From the NCBI GenBank assembly GCA_965287045.1, contig OZ336876.1:65534001-65598000 (forward strand): a DNA stretch of 64,000 nucleotides. Direction: 5' to 3'. The first letter of the stretch is position 1; each line of letters opens with the position of its first letter. Source of the stretch: Carcharhinus amblyrhynchos. Lineage: Eukaryota. This document shows positions 40,488 through 52,739 of the stretch, piece after piece. A program made the position numbers and the translations under genes. Under the pieces are notes generated by a model. It was not told where the DNA came from. It saw only the letters and a program-made list of their open reading frames with translations, and searched no databases.

Positions 40488-40989
40488 ATGGGAAATGAAA
40501 AACAGACAACGACAGGAAAGGAATAAGGAGATTACAAATTTAACAGTAAATTAACAGATGAGATTAGATGTTAAAAATAGGATAAAAGGCTCTGTATTAG
40601 AATGCATAAAACATTCAAAACAAAGTAGATGAACTGAGAGCAGAAATAAGTATGAAGGATCATACACAGAATAGATACATTCCAACAGGCAAGAAAAAAG
40701 TCCAAGGGACAGATCCATGGTAAACGATTTGATAGCCATTATAGAGACATGAATGCAGGAGGACATGGGTTAAGATCTGAATATTGAAGGGTACAATATA
40801 TTTAGGACAGGAAGAGAGGAAAAAGGTGGTAGCTAATTTTTGTGTCAGCCAATCCCAATAGCGGGATGATTTAAGTTCAGGAAACTAGGATATGGGACCG
40901 GTTTGGGTTGAGATGAGAACTGGTAACGGTAAGAAGTCACTAATGGGAGTTGTGTACAAGCTCTCTTTTAATAACTATATGATAACCAG

Positions 40990-41193
40990 CACCTCCCACA
41001 GTCCAAAGCTGTGCGGGTTAGGTTGACTGGGCATGCTAAAATTGCCCCTTAATGTTCTGAGATGTGTAGGTTAGAGGGATTAGCGGGTAAATGTGCAGGG
41101 ATATGGGGGTAGGGCCTAGGTGGGATTGTGGTCAGTGCAGACTTGATGGGCCAGATGGCCTCTTTCTGCACTGTCGTTTCTATGATTCTATGA
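40990..41193 (+). mobile_element. 5'-truncated HE1-like SINE
   Basis: cctcccacagtccaaag...aaattgcccctt...tttctatgattctatg matches the 3' half of the HE1 copies. Confidence 0.85.
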
Positions 41194-41771
41194 TAGGAGG
41201 AATCCTAAAAGGAAGAAATAGTCAGAGCTTGTCAGAAAGGCATGGCAATAATCATGGGAGATTTTAATCTTCATATAAGTGAGAAAAGTCAGATGAGCAA
41301 AGGTAACCTAGATGAGAAGTTCATGGAATGTTTTTCAAGGATAGATTCTTAGAATAGCATGTTCCTAAACCAACTAGGGAGCCAACTATACTAGACATGA
41401 TAATATGCAATGAGATCGGAATAATGATTTCATAATGAAGATTGCCACAACGACAATATTACATTTTACATTAGTTTGAGGGAGAGAGGAGCGAGTCTGA
41501 GACTAAGTTAAATAAGGGCAATTATGAAGGCAATCAAGTAGAACTGGCTAATGTGGTAAATTAAGTTAAGGGATAGGTTAATTGAGATGCAGTGACAGAC
41601 ATTCAAGGGGTCTTTCTGAATACAAAATAGATACATTCCAACAGGCAAGGAAAAGGTCCAAGGGACGGATCCATGGTTAACCAGCAAGGTTAAAGGTAAT
41701 ATCAAACTTTAAGGAAAAGCAGGGTTTTTATGAATCAAAGACAGGGTTACCTTACTCTTTTAAAAAAAAAA

Positions 41772-42112
41772 GGGCGGCACAATAGCACAGTGGTTAGCAC
41801 TACTGCTTCACAGCGCTAGGGACTTGGGTTTGATTCCTGGCTTGGGTCACTGTCAGTGTGGAGTTTGCACATTCTCCTTGTCTGTGTGGGTTTCCTCCGG
41901 GTGCTCCAGTTTCCTCCCCCAGTCCAACGATGTGCAGGTTAAGTTGATTGGCCATGCTAAAAATTGCCTCTTAGTGTCCTGAGATACATAGATTAGAGGG
42001 ATTAACAGGTAAATTTGTAGTGATATGGAGGTAGGGCCTGGCTAGGATTGTGGTTGATGCAGACTCGATAGGCCAAATGGCCTGTTTTTGCACTATAGGG
42101 TTTCTATGAATC
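41772..42112 (+). mobile_element. HE1-like V-SINE nested in old CR1
   Basis: Same head, V-domain and tail as 24177-24490. Confidence 0.9.
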
Positions 42113-42395
42113 ATGTAATTGTGTAAAATTAAGTGGAAGGTCTGAAGATTGGACAGAATGTAAAGAAACAGCAAAGGATGACTAAACAATTAATAGGGGG
42201 GAGAAACAGAGTACAAGAGAAAGCTAATTAGAAATATAAAACAGATAGGGAGAGCTTCTACAACTACTTTAAAAAGAAACAAATTACCAAAGCGAGTGTT
42301 CCTTCTACAGAAAGTGAATCTGGAAGATTGATAATGCAAAGGAAGAAAATGGCAGATTAATGGAACAGATATTTAACTTCAGTTTTCACTATAGA

Positions 42396-42912
42396 GAAAG
42401 GATATACTTGCACTGGAGGGGGTGCAGAGGAGATTCAGTAGGTTGATTCCGGAGTTGAGAGGGTTGGCTTCTGAGGAAAGACTGAGTAGACTGGGGCTAT
42501 AGTCATTGGAATTCAAAAGAATGAGGGGAGATCTTATAGAAACATGTAAGATTATGAAGGGAATAGGTAAGATAGAAGCAGGGAAGTTTTTTCCACTGGC
42601 GGGTGAAACTAGCACTAGGGGGCATGGCCTCAAAATAAGGGGAAGCAGATTTAGAACTGAGTTGAGGAGGAACTTCTTCACACAAAGGGTTGTGAATCTG
42701 TGGAATTCCCTGCCCAGTGAAGCAGTTGAGGATACCCCATTGAATGTTTTTAAGGCAAGGATAGATAAATTTTTGAACAGTAAAGGAATTAAGGGTTATG
42801 GGAGTGGGCGGGTAAGTGAAGCTGAGTCCATGAAAAGATCAGCCATGATCTTATTGAATGGCGGAGCAAGCTCGAGGGGCCAGATGGTCTACTCCCGCTC
42901 CTAGTTCTCATG
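42396..42912 (+). mobile_element. CR1 3' fragment nested in the older CR1
   Basis: ORF 42506-42904 (RMRGDLIET, FFTQRVVNLWNSLP); 3'UTR related to copies A/B. Confidence 0.9.
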
Positions 42913-43869
42913 TTAAGATACAAGTAACATCCTAGAAGCAGCTATAAATTGGGAAGTGGAAAGGAAGGGGGAACTCAGGAAAATTACAATTAACAGGGAA
43001 GTGGTACTGAGTAAATTGTTGGAGCTGTGGGCTAATAAGAGCTACGGTCCTGATGGACTTCATCCTAGAGTCTTAAAAGAAGAGACAAGTGAAATATTTG
43101 ATGAATTAGTTTTAATTTCCCAAAATTCCTTAAATTCAGAAAAACTGGAAGATGGCAATCATAATTCCATTATTCAAAAAGGGAGCGATATAGAAACTGG
43201 AAAACAACAGGCCTGTTAGCTTAATATTTGTCATAGGAAAAATGTTAGAATCTATTATTAGAGAGGTTATAGCAAGGGACTTGGATAAGTTCAAGGAAAT
43301 CAGGCAGTGTACACATAGTTTGTGAAAGGGATATCATTTTATTGGAGCTTTTTGAGGAAGTATCTGTGCAGCGGATAAAGCCGAGCTGGTGGATGTACTG
43401 TACCGAGATTTCCAGAAGATATTTGATAAGATGCCACATCGCAGGTTATTGTGGAAAATAAAAACCCATGTTACAAGGTTAACACACTGGCGACCAGGAA
43501 GCAGAGAATTGGCATAAATGGGTCTTCTTCATATTGGCAAGATGTAACGAGTGGTGTGGCACAGGAATCAGTGCTGGGATCTCAATAATTTACAAAAATG
43601 AATTGGATGAACGAATGGATGGTATGGTTGCTAAATTTGCTGATGACACTAAGATAGTATGAAAGCAAGTTGTGAAGAGGACAAAGAGGCTCCAATAAAT
43701 ATGTATAGGTCAAATGAATGGTCAAAGATATGGCAAATGGTATAAAAAGTGGGAAAATTGTGGAATTGTCCATTTTGGCAGGAAGAATAGGAATGGCATA
43801 TTACCTAAGTAGTCAGAGTTTGCAGAGCTCTGACGTGCAAAAAGATCTGTGTCTTAGTTATTTTAAAAA

Positions 43870-44230
43870 TTCATTTGTGGGGCATGAGCATCACTGATTA
43901 ACCAGCAACTACTGCCCATTCCTATTTGCCCTTGGAGGGAAGTTGAGAGTCAACAACAGTGCTGTGGCTCTGCAGTCACATGTAGGCCAGACTAGGTAAG
44001 GACAGCAGATTTCCTTCCTTAAAGGACATTAGTGAACCAGGTGGGTTTTCATAACCATCAACAATGGTTTAATAGTCATCACGAAATCCTTAATTCCAGA
44101 TTTTTTTTTTTAATTGAATTTAAATTCACCCATCCGACATGGTGTGACTCAAAACTAGGTCCCCAGAACATTAGCTGAGTTTCTAGATTAATAGGCTAAC
44201 AACAAATACCACTAGGCCATCACCTCCCCT
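43870..44230 (-). mobile_element. tRNA-derived SINE, second family (3' tail shared with the LINE family at 16964-17945)
   Basis: Minus-strand head ggggaggtgatggcctagtggt...ttctggggacc; core ggttcactaatgtcctttaaggaaggaaatctgctgtccttacc; tail aagggcaaataggaatgggcag. Head-only copy near 28296-28420(+) and core fragment near 56840-56935(-). Confidence 0.8.
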
Positions 44231-44876
44231 TAGGGTCATCCATTTAAAACAGAGACAAGTCAAACATTTTCTCTTAGAGGGTCGTGAGTCTTTGGAATTC
44301 TCTTCCTGAAAAAGCAACAGAAGCAAAGTCTTTGAATATATTTAAGGCAAAGGTGGATTGATTCTCAGTAAGTAAAGGATAGGGGTGATAGGTTATAGGG
44401 GGTAATTGGGGTATACGGGGCAAGTGGGAAATAGATTTGGGGTTCCTTTTGGATCTTATTAAATGGTGTAGCAGACTTGATCTTGTTTCCTTACCTAAGG
44501 AAAGATATACTTACCTCAGTTCATTAGATCGACTCTTGAGATGAATGGGGTTTTCATGGGGAGAAACTGAGTAGCATGTGCCTATACTCTCTGGAATTTG
44601 CAAGGAGATGTCAACACATTTAAATACAAAATTTTGAGGGGGCTTGATAGGGCATATGCTGAGAAGCTAGATGTCATTTGTACATAAAATTATGATCCTT
44701 TGGGTCAGTTGCACTGAAAAAAAAGCACAGAGCAGAAACTTCAGGCTAAGATATCACTCCTCACTCTACAAAACCACGGTGCACAGTTAATGAACTACAG
44801 ACAATTTGAAAAATAACCCAATATTTTGTGCACAGGTCATACAACACATGGATAATTAGCCTAGTTTTAAACTCAC

Positions 44877-45041
44877 CTTGCATTTTGGGCATTTCTGAGC
44901 ATTTCTTTGCCCATGTTCAATTTCACTGGCCCAGTGACGTAACAGCTTATCCCCCTTTCTATATTCTTTACAGTTTAAGCCGTCATGCCAAGGGGCGTGG
45001 CACTTAAAGCACCAAACAAATTGGCAAACTGGACACTGAAT
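44877..45041 (-). CDS. RNF217: RNF217 coding exon 3 (IBR C-terminal half, linker, start of RING2)
   Basis: ttgcag|ATT acceptor, AAG|gtgagt donor, 165 nt, phase 0/0. IQCPVCQFVWCFKCHAPWHDGLNCKEYRKGDKLLRHWASEIEHGQRNAQKCPKCK. Confidence 0.96.
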
Positions 45042-45977
45042 CTGCAAGATCAAGGCACACAATATATTAGAACAATCACACTTTAAGGAAGGGAGAAGGG
45101 AAGATTTTTAAAATGTTTCCCAAGGAAGAATCAAGGCTACAAGCATGACCTTTAAAACGAACAAAAAATATGCTCTGTCTGGCATATCAAGCTCTTAGTG
45201 TCCTCTAAATCTGGTCCTGACATAATTCGGAAGGAGGGGCTTTATAGTTTAAAAAAGTCAGTCGGAACACACAAAAAAAAACAATGGGGGGAGCATTCCA
45301 TCCTCATTTTCGACATGAGAATGGCAGTGGGATGAACAATTGAGGGGTGTCCCAAAACGTCTTTCACCCAAGCAGGATTTCCCCACTCGATTGCCCCCAG
45401 TGACCAAATGGGGTTCTCACTATGAAGGGTTGAGAACCCCAGTACTACATACCTACTGTGCCTCCCCAATGTGTCTTCCCTCAATGTAGGGATTCTCCCT
45501 CTCTCCCCCACACCCACATGATGTTACATTTTCTTTAAAAAGGCACCCCGATCTGTTGAAAGTTGAGGTTGCTGGTGGCACAGGCTCATTCAGAGTACCA
45601 GTGTGACATCGTGGGACCCAGCTCCAACATTTTATAAAACTAAGTTTCAAATTATATGGCAGGCAAAGCCAGCAATTGAGCCAGTGGGCAGCACACTGCA
45701 TCTCCCGCCCGAGTTGATACTTAGTTAAAACATGAGAAAATTCCGCCCAATAATATTCAGATCTGGGAGCATTTTCATGAGCACCCAACTTGAGGTGCAA
45801 TGCACAGAATTACCCTTTCAACCAAAAGAACTCTGCGCATTCCCAAATAGTTCACTGAAGCGCTGCTTCAAATTGACAAATTACAGCAAGACTTCATTGG
45901 GCAAACATGCTTATTTTTAATGAAAGTAGCTGTTGTGCACCATGAAAAGCTGGCTAAATCTTGGACTACACAGGCAG

Positions 45978-46788
45978 AAAGATAGAACATAGAACATAGA
46001 ACACTACAGCACAAACAGGCCCTTCGGCCCACGAGTTGCGCCGATCACATCAACACCTACCAACCTACAGACCTATCTATAACCCTCAATCTCATTAAAC
46101 CCCATATACTCATCCAGAAGTCTTTTAAAAGACCCCAGCGAGTTCGCCTCCACCACCACTGACGGCAGCCGATTCCATTCATTCACCACCCTCTGAGTGA
46201 AAAACTTACCCCTAACATCACTTCTGAACTTCCCTCCTTGCACCTTAAATCTGTGTCCTCTCGTAGCAACCATTTCAACCCGGGGAAATAGCCTCTGAGA
46301 GTCCACCCTATCTATTCCTCTCAACATTTTGTAAACTTCTATCAGGTCGCCTCTCAACCTTCGTCTCTCCAGGGAAAAGAGTCCCAGCTCCCTCAACCTA
46401 ACTTCATAAGGCATGCCTCCCAGTTCAGGCAACATCCTTGTAAATCTCCTCTGTACCCTCTCAATAGCTTCTACATCTTTCCTATAGTGAGGCGACCAGA
46501 ACTGCGCACAATACTCTAAATGAGGCCTGACAAGGGTCTTATAAAGTTGCAGCATTACCTCCCGACTCCTAAACTCAATCCCTCGATTAATGAAGGCCAG
46601 TACACCATACGCCTTCTTGACCACCTCCTCCACCTGCGAGGCCGATTTAAGAGTCCTGTGGACCCGGACCCCAAGATCCTTCTGCTCTTCAACACTACTC
46701 AGACTTCTACCCTTCATAGTGTACTCGTTCATCCCGTTGGTTCTGCCAAAATGGACGATAAAGTGAAATATGCCTTGGAATTTAAAGC
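45978..46788 (-). mobile_element. Young CR1/HER1 3' fragment with TSD
   Basis: Open RT C-terminal frame 46073-46792; (ctatgtt)n tail; direct repeat acacaggcag at 45968-45977 and 46789-46798. Confidence 0.93.
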
Positions 46789-46799
46789 ACACAGGCAGG

Positions 46800-49700
46800 A
46801 AAAAAAAGAAATCAAACTAGATGGGCTCGCCTGCCAAGACTGCTTCAGTTAAGATGGTAACCTTTGATGACTGAAACGCTAGGCAAAATTCTCGTCACTG
46901 AGCTCGACAAATCCCGACAAAGTTCGGCCCTGGGGCTGAAAAATTCATTGGAAAAATTGCCGGGTCCAATTTGGTTCTCCCTCAACACCATTCGTCTATC
47001 TGCTATTTCTTATGCCAACACCCTTACTGACATCAAGACAGCCCTCGGACCACAGCGAGAGGGTCTAAATGCTGGAGTCCAAGCTGACTGTGGTAATTAA
47101 GGTGAACATGTTGCTGCAGGTCAAAGTCAGTGACTTGGAAAACCAGTCATAATGATAAAACCTACGCATTGTTTGGACTACCAGAAAAGACCGAGGGCTG
47201 AACCCCAACACAGTTTATGTCGATTTACTCAAAAGGTGGTGGTTGAGGAGATTTTCCCCAAATCCCTCAGAGCTAGACAGATCTCACTGTTTCTTTGATG
47301 AACGATGCCATTCGGCTCATCTGGTCTGCACCAACTTTGCATCAGAGCATCTGACCCAAGCCTATCTTCATAGCCCCAAATGTTTATCCCACTAATTCCC
47401 CTAACCTACACATCCTGAGACACTAATGGACAATTTAGCATGGCCAATCCATCTTTGGATTATAGGAGGGAATCGGAGCACCCAGAGGAAACCGACACAA
47501 ACACAGGGAGAATGTGCAAATCTATACTGACAGTCATCCAAGGCCGAAATTGAACCCAGGTGCCTGGCACTGTGAGGCAGCAGTGCTTGCCACTGTGCTG
47601 CCTAACTGTATCAATTCTGCTCACGTATCATTCCTATTCTTACTGATATAAATTGGTTTCTTGTCCTTTAGTACCTTAAATCTCAAGTTTTCATCTTTAA
47701 ATCCCCAATTCCAAAAATATGTCCTTCACTGCCTTAGTGTTTTCCCAGAATTGGAAGTTCAAATTCTTCAAACACATCAGATTTCGAAATGTAGGACTTG
47801 CTGACGAAAGGCTTTGAGCCAGAGCTTTTCAGCAGCCCTTAGCATTCGGTAGGAAAGTGTTGTATTGATGTAGAAAGGCGTACTGTAAATATACATATTT
47901 CTGTCCTTTAGGTGCTGTTTGGGTTATTAGCAGGCAGGGAAACAATACACCAGCAGAAGTGCACCTTTTAATTCACAAGAACCTCATAACACCTTGCCAC
48001 TGGCTTCTAATCAGATCTGGTAAATGAATTCTTGTCATATTTCTGCAGCAGTAAGCTTGAAAGGATTATATTTAAGTAAACTTGTCAGACCACATCAACA
48101 TGTGCACAAGAATTGCAGTACAGCCAAGCTTGATCATTCAATGCTTTGGTCTGTTTTCCCTGCAAATGGCAAACAGGTGATATTAGGTGGCTCTATGTAC
48201 CAAAATCATTTTGCTTTGATAATAGGAATTTAATAATTATGGAAACCAGAAGACCTCCACCCTAAAGGATTCCTCACCAAATGTTCTTCAGTGACAATGT
48301 GAAGGGTTTTGGGATGCTTTACAACATTAAAAGGTGCTATGTAAATGCAAGATCTTGTACAAAATTTAATTTGTAACAAGATTAAATTGTACAACTTAAC
48401 CCACTGTCCCCCCCTCCCCAATTTTAACTATGCTTTATAATATAGTAACAATTTCAGGCAGATGGAGCTCTTCAATCCATCTAGCCTATATAGTCACAAT
48501 ATTTCCTTAGTCTATTTGTTATAATCCTGAAAATTATCAATTACAATCCTTCTTGAAACCCACTAAGGTTGAAATACATCAGCCAACACAGTAATTCTGC
48601 TTCAGCACCTTATAAGCATTATGTGGCTCATTTATCATGTGGACTGGGATTCTCAGATCAAATCTTCCCACCAGAAAAGTATTCCTTTAGAAGTGGTCCA
48701 GCAAGATGGTAAAAGAAAAATACTAATTTTGGTGCTAATGTTCAAGAACGTGCAGGCCACCTGGATTGATGATAACAATAAAACCCTATGTTTTTGAGAA
48801 GTTCTATCCCGTATGTGCCAGCTTACCACACAGCCCTGATAAAAAGTAAAAATGTTTTCATATCTCAAGAACGTTCATATTGTTACTGCATTCCTTTAGG
48901 AGACACACCTTCATGCTATTGGTCACACCAGATTATGTAAAGCATGAGTTGACCAAGTGTTTCATTCCAACTTTAATGGTAAAGCTGGGGGGAATGACAA
49001 ACTTGATTAACAAAGAATATAGCTCTCTCCTTAGAGCTGATTTCTGGAGGATATTATAAAATAGCTAGTTGCACACTTTTACAAACCCCTGTAGTGTTGG
49101 TGAATGTTTATGCTCCTAACTAGGATGACACTAAATTGGTTACATCGTTTCTATTCTCCCTTCCAAATCTAGACAGCCACATCTTATTTTTGTAGAGGAT
49201 CTACACTGTGTCACAGTCCAAAGTCTTTCACCTCTTCTGGCACGTCCAGGCATCTCTCCATACTTTTGACTTAAATGGGTTATGTTGCCCCTTTGTGTTT
49301 CCTTCACCTAATCACAAGGGATTTTTCCTACTTCTCTTATTTCTACCAGGCTTACTTACACATCGACTACTTTTTCTTCAATACAGATCTTCTTCCCATA
49401 GCTAACACAGCTGACTATTCTATCATTGTTATATCAGACCACGCGCCATACTCCTTTGACCTGACATTTAGGCCAAAACTAAAGCTCAATCTCTTTGGAG
49501 ATTTAACACAACTTTGCTATCTAACAAAGATTTTTGCAAATCTATATCCACCAGCATAGATGTTTTTATGAAAACAAATAAATATGATCCTTTGCTCCAT
49601 CAGTACTATTGGAGACCCTCAAAGTGATCTTTTTGTGGAACATATATTGAAAGAAAATTGGAACAAGAGTTGGAAAATTGAATGTCATCCTCCTTTGACA

Positions 49701-50125
49701 CTCTCCAAAATTCTAGATTTTGGCTTGCTACCTTGTCCTTTGATAGATATATTTAGTGTCGCATCTCTCTAAGATTAAGGCAGATGTCATCACATTTACT
49801 TCATTGATAGCCCCATAGGTGGATTATATCAACTTGGAGGTTCCCCCAAGCCACCCACCACTTCAGTCTGGTTGGAAGACTTAACGCTTTTCTTTCTTTG
49901 GAGAAGATTAAATATACCACACAAATATCCACTGTGAATTTTTTTTATATCACAAATGGAAGCCTTATGTCTGTTACTTTAAAGAGTTAATTACTGTTAA
50001 TTTAAATTGTTTTTTTTGTTTGCACAGTTTTTGACTGGGAGGGGGGAGCAGCTATGTCATTGTCCTGTTCTTTGGCTGTCCACCACTCAACTGTTTTTGA
50101 AAAATCAATAAAAATATTTTTTTAA
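46800..50125 (+). mobile_element. Fragmented L1-clade LINE (ORF1 remnant ~46850-47290; endonuclease remnant ~48810-49620; 3' end ~50110)
   Basis: gacttggaaaaccag...ctacgcattgtttggactaccagaa resembles the L1 ORF1p motif DLENR..NLRIVGLPE. EN motifs F.*ETHL, VLVNVYAPN, IDYFF and ISDHAP are present. Ends tcaataaaaatatt. Confidence 0.75.
47303..47602 (-). mobile_element. HE1-like V-SINE, reverse orientation
   Basis: Reverse complement of the V-domain (ggagcacccagaggaaacc) and of the tRNA head (gtgaggcagcagtgcttgccactgtgctgcc). Confidence 0.85.
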
Positions 50126-52505
50126 AAACTGGACATTCCTGCAAGTCAAGCAATCATTTGATCTTTTTAACATAATTGGCAGTGATATCCTCAACTAATA
50201 TAGCAAACAGCATGAGGTAACACTACTGAATTTCAGCTAGTTTTCAAAAATTTACATACTCAAAATTGAACATCTTTATTGGGGATAGCTAGACAAAATT
50301 TCCACCCATTATGGAGACGTGCTCTGAAACAGACAGATTTCCTGCCTGAGAGTCATTAGAATTTTGAAAGTGGGCTTCACCACTGTTATCAAGGAGACTC
50401 CTGCCAGCAGAACCAGCATCTTTAAAATAACAGTAAATGGATGAAAGTGCACACAATTGTAAATAGGCACAGGGCAGAGATGTCTAAATCCACGGAAAAT
50501 TGCTGGGAAGGCCTGAGGAAAATCTAGGCCTGTAAATCAACTATGAGAATAACTACTTCGAAAATTTAAAATACTTACTTGTTTAATGGAGCTTAATTTC
50601 CTCTGATACTCTCCTGATTAATGCATGTGTCTAGAATTCTTTTTTGCACTATTTTAGTGAAATTAACCCATTTCAATTAAATTGGGGAACAATTGTACTT
50701 GAATTTTACATCAGCATGTTAATTTCCCCCTGTACTGCATTGATTAAATCCCTAAGTGTTTCATCTATTTGGTCACCCAATCCTTTCATAAACTTTGGAA
50801 CTTCCCTAATGGCTGTCAAAAAATACATTGTGAAGTACTGAGCCGTACAGATACATGCTCTGTGCTGAATCAGTTCTTACTCAGAACAGTAGTAGACTGC
50901 TATGGTCATGACTAGTACACTCAGGGTAGGATGATCCAGGAAGTTTGGGGGGTTGGAAATCAGTCAGCAATTCAACTTACCACTAGGAGCATCAGTAAAT
51001 TTTTTGCGTGCACACACGTGCGTCTGCACAAATAAGAGCAAAATACTGCAGATGCTGGAAATCTAAAATAAAAACAGAAAATGCTGGATAAACTCAGCAG
51101 ATATGGCAGCATCTGTGAAGAGAAACAGTTAATATTTCTGGTGGGTAGTGACCAGGATATCAGGTGCAACCATAATTGGTTCCAGACTCATTCAGGGAGA
51201 ATAAACAATACTAATCCAAGTCTGTTAAGACAGAACTGTTGGGGCTCTCACACACATGTAATGACAATTTAGCGAGTCTCCAAGAGTCACCGACTCCTGC
51301 CGGCTTCACAACTTTGCTACATAACAAGGTCTAGCCAAATAAGATGGAAGCCAATCAGCAACTGGGTCCAGTGCAAGACACAATAAAGATGCACTGACCA
51401 GGGTTCACGAATCCTTAGGTGTTGAGAGACATGTGTCATCGAGAAACTGGCCCAATTGCGCAAAATCTGCAGAGTGGCTGGAGGTGTGGGGAGGGGAACA
51501 ATGACTATTGTGTACCACACCACAATTACGGACCAGTTTAGGAGCACAGATGCAAGAGTTTACTACCTGTACCTTTATCCAATGCTTGCAAAAACTGCAG
51601 GCATTAGGAATCTTGAAATTTTTAAAAGCAGATCTTCAGAGTTAACCCAACTCTGAAAATCTGGCCCCAAGACTCGCAAGACTAATTTCATTTGATAGGC
51701 CTGCTACACTACACAACTTGTACTGACAAATGAAATTATCCTTGCAGCACCAACTCATTTACCTGATGAGACTCCTGGCTCTTTGGCCAAATGATCTCTA
51801 CCTGCTCCTAAAATTTCTTTTTGCATTCTGGTCTAATTTATTGCCAATTTTCTTCTGTTGAAAATCACATTAGATTTTCAAATTAAACACCTGTTGAAAA
51901 AATATAATTTCCCCTGTAATAAATAAATCTGACCATAGTTCTTTTTAGCTTATTGAACTGTGTTATTGAACTTCTTTCTCAATTGCTTTAGCTGAAGCTA
52001 AACCAAAAATCCACCTCTTGGACAACTATTTTTTCATTTGCAACAATTTTTTTCTGCTAAAGTTGTACTAGAACATACTCTTCAGTCAGGAAGGCAACGT
52101 GCTGTAGCATGGATATATCAAAGAAGCTCTTGTTTGATTCAAATGAAGAAATTTCTTGATTGCCAACCAGTCTTTTCACTTATTTGCCAGACACCCTTCC
52201 AGAAACCATTAAAAATTTCTCAAGCACCGCCATTCTTTCGAAGGAAATGGTTAAGAAAGAATTTACAGTTTCAAACTCAGGGTATTACATTTAAGAATCC
52301 AGCTCTTTCCACTCTTATTTGGAAACATTCCTCGAACACACCAAATCAAGCTTCACCCATCAGTTAACTTTATTCTTAAAATGGTTTTACCAATTATTTT
52401 GGCTGAACTTACCAGCAATCTACAGCAGACCTCTTCTATTTAATGACTAAACTCTTGATTCTAATCCTACAAAGAGCTAGGGCAGAATGAGAGAATGGTG
52501 CTCAC

Positions 52506-52739
52506 TTTGAACTTGTTCTCTGTTTTTGAAGGGGTTGGAATGTTGCTCTTCCGTCTGAAAGTAGTGAAATGCTTGCACTGTGGACATGGTTTAGTGCTGG
52601 AATCCACCCTGCTGAGCTCCAGGAAGTAACTGTACTTGACAATATCGTCATGAGGCAGATTGGAGATGACAGTGCTTTCCTCCAGGTATTTGCTGCATTC
52701 TGTAATGGGGCATTTTATCTCTGCTCTTCCCAGCTGCAC
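52506..52739 (-). CDS. RNF217: RNF217 coding exon (2nd by vertebrate numbering): end of RING1, linker and start of IBR domain
   Basis: Acceptor tgcag|GTG at 52741-52740; donor AAA|gtgag at 52505. 234 nt, phase 0/0. Translates VQLGRAEIKCPITECSKYLEESTVISNLPHDDIVKYSYFLELSRVDSSTKPCPQCKHFTTFRRKSNIPTPSKTENKFK, which closely matches recalled vertebrate RNF217. Confidence 0.95.

Larger units (their letters stand above)
38770..44480 (+). mobile_element. Old, originally full-length CR1 with multiple nested insertions
   Basis: ORF1 start MARQVTCCNCRM at 38776 (Cys-rich); GDS motif VLVVGDSIVR near 39220; EN remnants (GDFN near 41258); RT remnants 43020-43850; 3' end near 44230-44480. Confidence 0.85.
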
